Source of the DNA: Nitrospirota bacterium
GTDB lineage: Bacteria > Nitrospirota > Thermodesulfovibrionia > Thermodesulfovibrionales > Dissulfurispiraceae
Direction: 5' to 3'
DNA length: 64,000 bases
Assembly (NCBI GenBank): GCA_040758355.1
Contig: JBFLWF010000005.1
Coordinates: 32,001 to 96,000 of the forward strand
Part shown: in pieces, positions 9,598 to 18,611 of the stretch
How positions within the stretch are numbered: position 1 is the first letter of the stretch
Layout of the letters: each line of letters begins with the position of its first letter
Made by a program: the position numbers and the translations under genes
Notes under the pieces: model-generated
Database searches by the model: none
Told to the model about the DNA's origin: nothing
What the model saw: the letters and a program-made list of their open reading frames with translations, nothing else

Positions 9598-12411
9598 TTA
9601 TTGTTCTATTGTTTTGAGTAGTTTTATGTTATCCTCTATTTTTGCCTTTTTATGTGTAAGGTCTTCAAACTTCGCCCTCTCCTTTTCCACAACAGCCTGT
9701 GGAGCATTTTTCACAAAATCTTCATTGGCAAGCTTTTTGGTGAGGGTTGCCATTGCATCGTCTATCTTTGACTTCTCCTTCCGAAGCCTTTCTATCTCTG
9801 CCTTTACATCTATTAGCCCTTCTATTGGAATGTAGATTTCCATCCTATCCTTCACAGATACAGCAGAGCCCTTTACCCTCGTAATATCAGGTCCGATGCT
9901 TATCTCTTTACACCGCGTTAATTTCATTATGGAGGCGAGATTGTTTTTAAGAATATCCTCAACCTCTTTTGATGCTGTCTTTATATCTGCCCTGATTTCG
10001 AGCGAGGGAGCTATATTCAATTCACCTCTCACACTCCTTATGCCTGTGACTGCGTTTATCACATAGTTCATCTTTTCTTCTGCATCAGGGTATCCGGGAA
10101 GTTCTTCAGGATAAGGTGATACCATAATGCTCTGATGGCGTTCAAACACTGTATTCCACAATTCCTCGGTAACATACGGCATAAATGGATGAAGCAACTG
10201 AATGGTCTTCTCAAGAACAAAGAATAAACAGTTTATAACCATTGCCTTCTCTTCGCTGCCTCCCTGATAAAGGACAGGTTTTGTAAACTCGATGTACCAG
10301 TCGCAGAATTCATGCCAGACAAACTGGTATATGCTGTTAGCTGCATCATTGAATCTGTAGTTCTCAAGATTTCTATTCACATCTTCTGCTGTAAATGCCA
10401 GCCTGCTCAGAATCCATCTTTCGGGCAAAGTTAACGGCTGACTGCTGACTGCTGACTGCTGGTAGCCCTGAGATACTATGAATTTCGCTGCATTCCATAG
10501 TTTATTTATGAAGTATCTGTATCCCTCGACACGATCTTCAGAAAATCTCACGTCCCTTCCCTGTGCAGCAAATGCAGCGAGAGTGAATCTGAATGCGTCA
10601 GCACCATATTTATCTATCATCACGAGAGGATCTATCACATTGCCTTTTGACTTGGACATCTTCTGTCCCTTTGAATCGCGTACAAGGGCATGGATATAAA
10701 CATCCTTGAACGGCACGTTATTCATAGATTTAAGCCCCATCATAATCATGCGTGCAACCCAGAAGAAAAGAATGTCAAAGCCTGTGACAAGGACACTGGT
10801 GGGATAAAACATCTTTAAGTCTTCTGTTTCCTCAGGCCATCCTAATGTCGAGAAAGGCCATAGTGCCGATGAAAACCATGTGTCAAGGACATCAGGGTCA
10901 CGGATTATGTTTCTGCTGCCGCATTCAGGGCACTCCTTTAAATCATCCTTCCGGCAGATTGATTTAACGCTCTTTGATATTCTTATGATCTTCGAATTTT
11001 CGATTATGTCGTCGTGGCTCATTCCTGACCGTCTTAGCTCTGAATATATACCGCCTGTGATCTTTCTTCCGTCTTTGAGCATGGCAGGTTCAAAAAATAT
11101 GTGCTCTATCATCTCTCCCTGAGGCGGCATTCCATTCTCTCCTTTACAATCAGGGCAATACCAGACAGGTATCTGGTGGCCCCACCATATCTGACGGGAT
11201 ATGCACCAGTCCTTTATGTCCCTCATCCATGCAAAATAGTTGTTTTCCCACTGCTCTGGAACAAGCCTTATACTTTTTCCCTCAACTGCCTTTACCGCTT
11301 CTGCAGCAAGGGATTCTATCTTCACATACCACTGAATCGTAAGGATAGGCTCTATTATGGTCTTGCATCTGTAACAATGTCCAACAGAGTGGCGATGCTT
11401 TTTGTCGCCTTCGAGCAGGTCGAGTTCCTGTAAATCTTCTATGACCTTTTTCCTGCAGGCATATCTGTCAAGGCCGCTGTATCGCTCTCCTGCATCTGCT
11501 GACATGCGGCCGTCTTCTGCAATAACGCTTATAGACTTAAGATTATGGCGCTTACCAATTGCTTCATCATTGAAATCATGTGCAGGCGTTACTTTCACTG
11601 CTCCAGTTCCAAAGGCAGGGTCGACTGCCGGATCCGCAATTACGGGTATTTTTCTGCCAGTCAGTGGCAGGTCAAGACTTTTACCGATAAGGTCTTTATA
11701 TCTCTCATCTTCAGGATGCACTGCAACTCCTGTATCGCCAAGCATTGTCTCAGGCCTTGTGGTTGAAACCGTGATATACCCATCCCCCTCTGTAAGCGGA
11801 TATTTTATGTCATACAGTTTGCCGTCAATCTCTTCATACTCCACTTCAAGGTCAGAAAGTGCAGTATGGCACCTCGGGCACCAGTTGATTAAGCGATTAT
11901 CCCTATATACGAGCCCTTCTTCAAATAGCCTTACAAAGACCTCCCTGACAGCCCTCGATAATCCTTCGTCTAAGGTAAATCTCTCCCTCGACCAGTCGCA
12001 AGACGCACCAAGCTTTTTAAGCTGATGGATTATTCTTCCGCCGTATTCTGCCTTCCACTTCCAGACCCTCTCGATAAATGCATCCCTTCCCAGCTTATGC
12101 CTGTCGACTCCTTCCTTGGAGATTTCTCTCTCTACAACATTCTGGGTCGCAATCCCGGCATGGTCTGTCCCGGGAAGCCACAATACTTTAAAACCCAACA
12201 TCCTTTTCCATCGTGTGAGGATATCCTGAATCGTGGCATTAAGGGCATGACCCATATGCAGGGATCCCGTAACATTAGGCGGCGGTATGACTATGCAGAA
12301 AGGCGATTTGGCAGCATCAGGATCAGGCCTGAAATATCCCTTTTCTTCCCAAAAAACATACCATCTGTCTTCTATGTCTTCCGGACTGTAAGTTTTCTTT
12401 AATTCGATCAT
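9598..12411 (-). CDS. valS: Valine--tRNA ligase
   Basis: PPPNVTGSLHMGH, DWCISRQIWWGH, KMSKS, C-terminal coiled coil. Confidence 0.98.
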   Translation of the reverse strand: MIELKKTYSPEDIEDRWYVFWEEKGYFRPDPDAAKSPFCIVIPPPNVTGSLHMGHALNATIQDILTRWKRMLGFKVLWLPGTDHAGIATQNVVEREISKEGVDRHKLGRDAFIERVWKWKAEYGGRIIHQLKKLGASCDWSRERFTLDEGLSRAVREVFVRLFEEGLVYRDNRLINWCPRCHTALSDLEVEYEEIDGKLYDIKYPLTEGDGYITVSTTRPETMLGDTGVAVHPEDERYKDLIGKSLDLPLTGRKIPVIADPAVDPAFGTGAVKVTPAHDFNDEAIGKRHNLKSISVIAEDGRMSADAGERYSGLDRYACRKKVIEDLQELDLLEGDKKHRHSVGHCYRCKTIIEPILTIQWYVKIESLAAEAVKAVEGKSIRLVPEQWENNYFAWMRDIKDWCISRQIWWGHQIPVWYCPDCKGENGMPPQGEMIEHIFFEPAMLKDGRKITGGIYSELRRSGMSHDDIIENSKIIRISKSVKSICRKDDLKECPECGSRNIIRDPDVLDTWFSSALWPFSTLGWPEETEDLKMFYPTSVLVTGFDILFFWVARMIMMGLKSMNNVPFKDVYIHALVRDSKGQKMSKSKGNVIDPLVMIDKYGADAFRFTLAAFAAQGRDVRFSEDRVEGYRYFINKLWNAAKFIVSQGYQQSAVSSQPLTLPERWILSRLAFTAEDVNRNLENYRFNDAANSIYQFVWHEFCDWYIEFTKPVLYQGGSEEKAMVINCLFFVLEKTIQLLHPFMPYVTEELWNTVFERHQSIMVSPYPEELPGYPDAEEKMNYVINAVTGIRSVRGELNIAPSLEIRADIKTASKEVEDILKNNLASIMKLTRCKEISIGPDITRVKGSAVSVKDRMEIYIPIEGLIDVKAEIERLRKEKSKIDDAMATLTKKLANEDFVKNAPQAVVEKERAKFEDLTHKKAKIEDNIKLLKTIEQ
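10437..10464 (-). repeat. 7-bp tandem array (AGTCAGC) inside valS
   Basis: Plus strand gctgact x3 then gctggta; encodes YQQSAVSSQ. Confidence 0.8.
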
Positions 12412-12415
12412 AATT

Positions 12416-12630
12416 AAATTAAACGATTTTAATTTCAGCGATATATGTCAGACGCGGATCAAAGACTTTAAACTCCGCACTTGTAAAGACATTTACTTTG
12501 CATCCGTCATCTACTACATTGGATACTTGTTGGGTGATGCAATTATAATCCTTTGTTATACACATGAAATACGACTTTTTAAAAGGCTTTGAGCCGTGCC
12601 TGACATATAGCAGAATCGCTCAGCTTAGCT
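12416..12630 (-). mobile_element. ~210-bp inverted-repeat element, copy A
   Basis: TATATGTCAG...AAAGACTTTAAA...TTTAAA.GGCTTTGAGCCGTGCCTGACATATA; colinear with copies B, C and D. Confidence 0.85.
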
Positions 12631-13606
12631 CTGAAGTAATTTTTTCTATCTCTTTCTTTATCAATGTTTCGGCAACTTCAGGTACGATCCTTTTAATCGC
12701 AGCCTCGATCTCGCCCCTCATGGATCCCATCAAGTCCTTCATCAACTCCCTTGTTACATTCTCAATAATATCCGGCGCTATTGATGATACTGCCTGTTCA
12801 ACCGAATCCTTTATTGCTGAAGATATCTGGGGTAATACATCGCTAACTATGACGCCTGAAATTTTTTCTTCAACGATTCCCTGCGGTATTTCTGAAACCT
12901 GTTCAATTACGGGTGCTGCCAACGGCTCTTTAAGTTCTTCGGTAGCAGGGATTTCTTCTTCTTTCATTGTCTCGGCCATAGCTTCGGCCATGGCTCCGGA
13001 TAGCTCAGCCTCAAAACCCTTTGCCTCATATTCCTCTTCTGCCATCACCTGTTCCTCTGCCTTTTCCTCAGCTACAGGGATCTCTTCATCCCACCTCGGC
13101 TCCTGAACTGCCAATTTAGATAATTCAACCGATTCGGCCATAGCTCCGGATAATCCAACAGAGACTTCAGGAGTACCGGCCTCAGACAGCAATTCCTCCT
13201 CCTGAATTTCTTCGGCCTCAGCCTGTTTTGCAGGCTCAAAACTCTTGAGCAAAGCCTTTACCTTGCTGATCAATTCCTGAGATTCAAAAGGCTTGATGAT
13301 AAAGTCATCCGCATAAACTGATTTCGCGTACTCTTCGTCAAATGGTTCGAATGCGCCTGCAAGAAGGATTACGGGGATCATGGCAGTGGCCATGTCATTC
13401 TTTATCTTTTCGCAGAGTTGATAGCCGTTTAATTTTGGCATCTCGATATCCGCAAGAATAATATCGGGTTTGAATGAGTCCAATGCCTGAAGGGCCTGCT
13501 CTCCGTCATTAAAGGTCCTTATCTCAAAATCTTCGGGAGCAAGGACAAGCTCGACCACCTTCTGGATAGTAAGGCTGTCATCCGCTAACAGCAGTTTATA
13601 AGGCAT
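12620..13606 (-). CDS. RomR-like response regulator (REC, acidic linker, helical C-terminus)
   Basis: N-terminal REC (LLADDS, DIEMP, KPF); Glu-rich linker; C-terminal IVPEVAETLIKKEIEKI; adjacent to valS. Confidence 0.75.
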   Translation of the reverse strand: MPYKLLLADDSLTIQKVVELVLAPEDFEIRTFNDGEQALQALDSFKPDIILADIEMPKLNGYQLCEKIKNDMATAMIPVILLAGAFEPFDEEYAKSVYADDFIIKPFESQELISKVKALLKSFEPAKQAEAEEIQEEELLSEAGTPEVSVGLSGAMAESVELSKLAVQEPRWDEEIPVAEEKAEEQVMAEEEYEAKGFEAELSGAMAEAMAETMKEEEIPATEELKEPLAAPVIEQVSEIPQGIVEEKISGVIVSDVLPQISSAIKDSVEQAVSSIAPDIIENVTRELMKDLMGSMRGEIEAAIKRIVPEVAETLIKKEIEKITSELS

Positions 13607-13659
13607 AATCCCCCTTTGTCGTACAGGTTATAAACTCTATAATGCTATGACGCTGTTTG

Positions 13660-14031
13660 TCAAGACTTTTTCTTGCTTCTGTAGTCCTCTATTGCCTTCC
13701 TTAATGCATCGGCACCGAGATTGGAGCAGTGCATCTTCTGGGGTGGAAGCCCGCCCAGTTCCTGAGCAACCGCCTCTTTGGATATGCTTAATGCCTCATC
13801 AAGGGTTTTGCCCTTGACCATTTCTGTAATCATGCTGCTCACAGCAATGGCAGCCCCGCATCCAAATGTCCTGAACTTCGCATCAACAATCACATCATTT
13901 TCAATTTTTATAAACAACTGCATAGCATCGCCGCATGTGGGATTGCCCTCCATGCCTACGCCATCCGCATCAGGGATCTCACCCACATTCCTCGGGTTCA
14001 TGAAATGATCCATTACTTTTTGAGAATACAT
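13660..14031 (-). CDS. iscU: Fe-S cluster scaffold IscU/NifU-N
   Basis: YSQKVMDHFMNPRNVG, NPTCGD, FGCGAA, LPPQKMHCS. Confidence 0.95.
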   Translation of the reverse strand: MYSQKVMDHFMNPRNVGEIPDADGVGMEGNPTCGDAMQLFIKIENDVIVDAKFRTFGCGAAIAVSSMITEMVKGKTLDEALSISKEAVAQELGGLPPQKMHCSNLGADALRKAIEDYRSKKKS

Positions 14032-14043
14032 ATTAAACCTCCT

Positions 14044-15252
14044 TTATCCTGTGTAACATTTTTCCCCTTCACCTGATTCGCCCCACCCTTTTGCAAACGG
14101 AGACATTTCTCTCAATCTATTAATAATCTGTGGAAACTCGTTGATGAAATAATCCACATCTTCATCCGTATTGCCCGTACCGAGACTGAATACAATAGAT
14201 CCCTGTGCAAGGGCTGATGAAATTCCAAGAGACAATAATACCGGTGAAGACTTAAGTGCCTTTGAAGAGCAGGCAGAGCCGCTTGCTGCGTATATGCCTT
14301 TCATTGAGAGCATTAACAGCATCGCCTCTCCTTCGATGAATTCAACCACAAAGCTCGCATGATGCGGCAATCTTTTATTAAGGTTATTGGCAGGATGCCC
14401 TGTAAGGTACACATTCGGTATTTTAAGCGCACTTTCTATTATTCTATCACGGAGCCTTTTACAGTGCTCCATTCTCTTGCCCATCTCATTCTTTGCAAGC
14501 TCTGCAGCCCTGCCCATGCCGACTATGGCAGGGACATTCTCTGTGCCTGCCCTCCTGCCGCCTTCCTGAATGCCTCCGTAAATAAGGGGGACTATCCTTA
14601 ATCCCTCCCTTACATACAAAGCGCCTGCTCCTTTGGGCCCATAGAACTGATGCGCTGCCATGCTCAAAAGGTCAACACCAAGCTCCTTCACATCAACAGG
14701 GATGTTTCCTGTTGTCGCCACGGCATCCGTGTGGAGTATTATATTCCTTTCCTTTGCTATTGCTGCTATCTCTTTTATTGGCTCTATAGAGCCGATCTCG
14801 CTGCTTGCATGTGCTACCGAAATAAGTATAGTTTCCTTTGTAATTGAGTCTTTAACAACATCTGGATCGACAAGCCCGTGCTTGTCAACAGGAAGGTATG
14901 TGACTGCAAAGCCGCTCTTTTCGAGGAAGCGCGCTGAATTGAGAATGGAATGGTGTTCCACTTTCGATACAATCACGTGCTTGCCCTGATTCTGTTTTGC
15001 AATGGCTATTCCCCTGAGGGCAAAATTATTTGCCTCTGCACCGTTTGCAGTGAAAACTATGGTTGACGGCTTTGCGTTTATCAGGGAGGCGACAGATGTG
15101 CGTGCATTTTCTATTGCATCCCGTGCATTCATGCCGAGGTCATATACGCTCAAAGGGTTTCCGAACTCTTCCTTAAAATAAGGCATCATTGCGTCCAGAA
15201 CATCCGGATGCAACGGGTTTGTTGCAACATGGTCAAAATAACACTTCCTCAT
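14044..15252 (-). CDS. iscS: Cysteine desulfurase IscS/NifS
   Basis: EHHSI, HTDAV, AHQFYGPKG, RAGTEN, SGSACSS. Confidence 0.93.
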   Translation of the reverse strand: MRKCYFDHVATNPLHPDVLDAMMPYFKEEFGNPLSVYDLGMNARDAIENARTSVASLINAKPSTIVFTANGAEANNFALRGIAIAKQNQGKHVIVSKVEHHSILNSARFLEKSGFAVTYLPVDKHGLVDPDVVKDSITKETILISVAHASSEIGSIEPIKEIAAIAKERNIILHTDAVATTGNIPVDVKELGVDLLSMAAHQFYGPKGAGALYVREGLRIVPLIYGGIQEGGRRAGTENVPAIVGMGRAAELAKNEMGKRMEHCKRLRDRIIESALKIPNVYLTGHPANNLNKRLPHHASFVVEFIEGEAMLLMLSMKGIYAASGSACSSKALKSSPVLLSLGISSALAQGSIVFSLGTGNTDEDVDYFINEFPQIINRLREMSPFAKGWGESGEGEKCYTG

Positions 15253-15533
15253 ATCGTCTCCTTTTTAGCTATTAGCTGATAGCTGTCAGCTTTTTTCCTC
15301 ACATAAAACTTGTAATAGTCCTCATCCTCATCCATTCCTATGAACTCGTTCCCTGTCTTTTCGCACCATTGCGGTATATCTTCGAGTGCGCCGTCATAAT
15401 CTGTAAGTATTTCAAGCACCTGTCCCATTTCAAGCCCCTTTATCATCTCGTCGAGCTTAAGAAGATGCATGGGGCACATCATATACACAATGTCTGCTGT
15501 TATATCCGCCTTTATATCATGAACAAACTTCAT
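15249..15533 (-). CDS. TusA/SirA family sulfur carrier
   Basis: D...MCPMHL motif, DIPQWCEKTGNE. Confidence 0.88.
   Translation of the reverse strand: MKFVHDIKADITADIVYMMCPMHLLKLDEMIKGLEMGQVLEILTDYDGALEDIPQWCEKTGNEFIGMDEDEDYYKFYVRKKADSYQLIAKKETI
15266..15290 (-). repeat. 7-bp tandem array at 3' end of tusA-like gene
   Basis: Plus strand tagctat tagctga tagctgt cagc; encodes ADSYQLIA. Confidence 0.7.
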
Positions 15534-15549
15534 AACAAGTACCGGAGTG

Positions 15550-16050
15550 TCACAGTTTCAATAGCGTCATAGCCTTTGGCTCTTTGATGCTTTTAGATTT
15601 TGACTTTGTTACTCTGACACTTTGACTTTTTGACACTTTTAAAAAGTCTCCCGTTATTAAATTCCTAAGGGTTATTGTTCTCAGGAATGCCTCAACCTGC
15701 TCTCCCAATGCCTTCCACAACAAATGCGTGACACAACTGTCAACCCTTACACATCCCTCTTCGGGATCAAGACACGATGTTAAAGCAACAGGCCCCTCCA
15801 GTTCGTTTAAAATAGAGGCTATGCTTATATTTTCAGGGCTCTTGTTCAATATATAACCGCCTCCCGGGCCTTTTATGCTTCTTATGAGGCCGGCCTTCCT
15901 GAGTTTATTGAGTATCTGTTCGAGATAGGCAACAGAGACATCCTGCCTTTCGGAAATCTCCTTGATCGTTACAGGAGTTTCAGGATAACCCCTCGCTATC
16001 TCATACATGGCCCTGACGCCATACTGTCCCTTTGTCGATAATCTCAGCAT
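15550..16050 (-). CDS. iscR: Rrf2 family regulator, IscR-like
   Basis: STKGQYGVRAM, YLEQI, GPGGGY, three Cys then THLLW; heads the isc operon. Confidence 0.85.
   Translation of the reverse strand: MLRLSTKGQYGVRAMYEIARGYPETPVTIKEISERQDVSVAYLEQILNKLRKAGLIRSIKGPGGGYILNKSPENISIASILNELEGPVALTSCLDPEEGCVRVDSCVTHLLWKALGEQVEAFLRTITLRNLITGDFLKVSKSQSVRVTKSKSKSIKEPKAMTLLKL
15574..15638 (-). repeat. Degenerate 8-bp tandem array encoding the C-terminal tail of IscR
   Basis: Plus strand ttttgact ttgttact ctgacact ttgacttt ttgacact; encodes KVSKSQSVRVTKSKSK. Confidence 0.65.
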
Positions 16051-16056
16051 GATACT

Positions 16057-16089
16057 ATGCTATAATACCCTACCATTTTTGTCAAGTAT
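16057..16089 (-). promoter_or_regulatory. Sigma70 promoter overlapped by IscR-type box
   Basis: TTGACA-17nt-TAGCAT-6nt-ATG; 25-bp ATACTTGACAAAAATGGTAGGGTAT (16065-16089) resembles the IscR type-1 palindrome. Confidence 0.75.
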
Positions 16090-16153
16090 TTTTATGAAAT
16101 AAATTGATAAGCAGAATTGGCTTGAGCGAATTGATATTTTTTGGTAACGGTTC

Positions 16154-16777
16154 CTACTTCGCCTTTTCCTCAAACAGCTCTTCTTCCTGTTTGTTCTTCA
16201 TCCTCTTGACGAGTTCTTCGTAGGAATCGGTGCGGATAATCTTATTGAATTGTGTCCTGTAGTTGTTTACCAGACTTACGCCCTCTATTACCACATCATA
16301 CACTTCCCACTTGCCGTCCTTCTTGAGAAGCCTGTATTCTATGGGAATCTCAACATTCCTCTTCGTGACTATCTTGGTATCAACCTCTGCATATTCACCA
16401 TTTATCTTTTCGTTTAAATACAGGATTTTCTCATCTGTATAGCTCTCGATCTTTTTGATATACGACCTTTCAAGAAGGTCTGTGTATAGCGGCACAAATT
16501 CTTTTTTTTCCTCCGGCGTCCTTTTTTTCCAGTGAAGGGCAAGAGACCTCTTTGCCATCTCCTCAAAATCGAACCTCTCGGAAATCGTCCTGCGTATTAC
16601 CGTCCTGCGTTCCTTGGTCTTCTCGGGCCTTTTAAGCTCCTTATTCCTTAATATGTCGAGCACCTTATCAACCGTCTGTCTGACCTGCTGTGTAGGGGTG
16701 TCGGCATATGCATATGAGATGTCTGATATAAAAGTGAAAATAAAAAGCAGTGCAAAAAATAATTTGAAGATCATCAT
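16154..16777 (-). CDS. mlaC: MlaC/Ttg2D phospholipid-binding protein
   Basis: FDFEEMAKRSL, WEVYDVVIEGVSLVNNYRTQF. Confidence 0.92.
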   Translation of the reverse strand: MMIFKLFFALLFIFTFISDISYAYADTPTQQVRQTVDKVLDILRNKELKRPEKTKERRTVIRRTISERFDFEEMAKRSLALHWKKRTPEEKKEFVPLYTDLLERSYIKKIESYTDEKILYLNEKINGEYAEVDTKIVTKRNVEIPIEYRLLKKDGKWEVYDVVIEGVSLVNNYRTQFNKIIRTDSYEELVKRMKNKQEEELFEEKAK

Positions 16778-16791
16778 AAAAATAGAACCTC

Positions 16792-18147
16792 CTATTTTAT
16801 CTCCTGAATATCCATTCCTGTTGCGTATAAAAGGTTCGCAAATGACATCCTGTGATTATATATGGAACGGAGATTATTTGCCTTCATCTGTGCATAAGCC
16901 ATTGCAGCATCTGCCACTTCCTTTGCATCGCCTATTCCCATATCGAAGTTTGCCACTGCCGCGACAAGCCACTTCCTCGCATTTTTATATGCCTTCTCTG
17001 TCTCCACAATGTTCTTCTTTGCCTCTTCCATATCGAGATACGCCTTTCTCACCTGAAAAGGTATGGCCTCGTCGGCAAACTTCTTCTTCTCTATCAATTT
17101 ATGATATTCAGCCCGGGCTTCTTTCACCCTTCCCTCTGTTATTCCAAAATCTATAGACCATTTAAGCCCCATGAACGCAGCACCGTAGGAATGGTTGAAA
17201 TTATCATAAATATATGGGTTGTCCACTTTATCCCTGTTTGTTGCACCTGCTATGGATGCCTTTAAACCCACAAACAAATGAGGATAGTAATTGCTCTTCT
17301 CTACACCGACAAGGGCATTTCTTGCGTTCAGTCCCTCTTTAAGCTGGATAAATTCAGGCCTTAACTCCACGGCATTTTTTAAATAATTATTCAGCTCTTC
17401 CGGAATTCTTATTTCGGGTGTCAGGGACAGCTCGGCAGTATCAAAATCAGTTCCCCTCGGAAGCCCAATGCTGGTAACGATGGCATCCTTTGCGAGTGTG
17501 ATTCCCTTTTCTGCCTCGTTCAGATTCTTATCCACCTCTCCTAAGAACGCCCTGAGTTTAAATAAGTTGACCTCATCTGCCCATGGAGAGCCTATCTCGA
17601 TCTGCTTTTCTGCCTTTTTTATGGATTCGACAAGCTCGTCCTTGACCTCCAGGACAAGGTTTCTCATGTCCTTTGCAAGGAGGAGGCTGTAATACAATTC
17701 CTTAGTCCTTAAAACGATATCCGATGTTTTCTTGTCCACGCCTGCCTTTGCCACTTTCATGCCGCTCGAGGCAGCCTCTCTATAACTGCTTATCTTGCCG
17801 AACGTATATACAGGCTGGATTAATGTCGCATCAGCACTGCCGAATATTCCATTAATCGTTGTTGCCACTGATGTATTAATTGAAGGGCTTATATATTCCC
17901 TTTTTGCTTCTGGAGAAGGTCCTGTTATTGCAAGCACCTCGATCTGAGGATAGACTGCCGAATCCGCCTGTAGCTTTTTCGATTTATATGCCTCCTCGTC
18001 ATAGCGCGATTCGCCTATCTCCGGGCTGACCTCAACAGCCTTCTTTATGCATTGATCGAGATTCAAGACAATCTTTCGATTGGTATCTTGCCCATAGGCT
18101 GGTGGTAAAATCAATAAGCAGAAAGCAATCGCCACCCATTTCACCAT
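16792..18147 (-). CDS. TolC family outer membrane protein
   Basis: Signal peptide, LNLDQCIKKAV, QPVYTFGK, YYP, duplicated OEP-like helical pattern. Confidence 0.85.
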   Translation of the reverse strand: MVKWVAIAFCLLILPPAYGQDTNRKIVLNLDQCIKKAVEVSPEIGESRYDEEAYKSKKLQADSAVYPQIEVLAITGPSPEAKREYISPSINTSVATTINGIFGSADATLIQPVYTFGKISSYREAASSGMKVAKAGVDKKTSDIVLRTKELYYSLLLAKDMRNLVLEVKDELVESIKKAEKQIEIGSPWADEVNLFKLRAFLGEVDKNLNEAEKGITLAKDAIVTSIGLPRGTDFDTAELSLTPEIRIPEELNNYLKNAVELRPEFIQLKEGLNARNALVGVEKSNYYPHLFVGLKASIAGATNRDKVDNPYIYDNFNHSYGAAFMGLKWSIDFGITEGRVKEARAEYHKLIEKKKFADEAIPFQVRKAYLDMEEAKKNIVETEKAYKNARKWLVAAVANFDMGIGDAKEVADAAMAYAQMKANNLRSIYNHRMSFANLLYATGMDIQEIK

Positions 18148-18156
18148 GTTGCCCTC

Positions 18157-18597
18157 CTAAACTTCTCCAAATACGTACTTGGAAATCAACTCTTCGAGGT
18201 CCACTGCAGACTCGGTTTCCCTGATTTTTCCACCATCCGGAATAATCTTCTCAGAGCCTCCGGGTGCTATCTGGACATACTTCTCGCCTATAAGCCCCTT
18301 TGTCTTTATGGACGCTATGGCATCCTCCTGAATCTTTACATCCCTATAAATTGTGAGCTCAACCAATGCCTGATAATCATTAAGCCTTATGCTCTTTACC
18401 TTTCCAACCTCTACTCCTGCTATTTCAACGATAGAGCCCGATTTGATCCCGCCTGCCTTTTCAAACTCGGCATACACAGTATATCCCTTTCCGCCTATGA
18501 CCTCAAGCTTTCCCAACTTTATGGATATGTATCCGAGGGCAAGAATGCCTATCAGTACAAAAAAGCCTACAGCCAGTTCAAGGTCAAACTTCTTCAT
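18157..18597 (-). CDS. mlaD: MCE domain protein MlaD
   Basis: ELAVGFFV, VEIAGVEVGKV, TKGLIGEKYV. Confidence 0.93.
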   Translation of the reverse strand: MKKFDLELAVGFFVLIGILALGYISIKLGKLEVIGGKGYTVYAEFEKAGGIKSGSIVEIAGVEVGKVKSIRLNDYQALVELTIYRDVKIQEDAIASIKTKGLIGEKYVQIAPGGSEKIIPDGGKIRETESAVDLEELISKYVFGEV

Positions 18598-18611
18598 TAC
18601 TATATACTCCT

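Noticed and set aside
10933..11145. Intein in valS
   Set aside because: Too short and lacks a C/S start with an HN-C/S/T end.
12416..12620. T-box or other valS-specific leader
   Set aside because: No T-box motif is seen, and the same sequence occurs next to unrelated genes (mlaE, fliA, livF).
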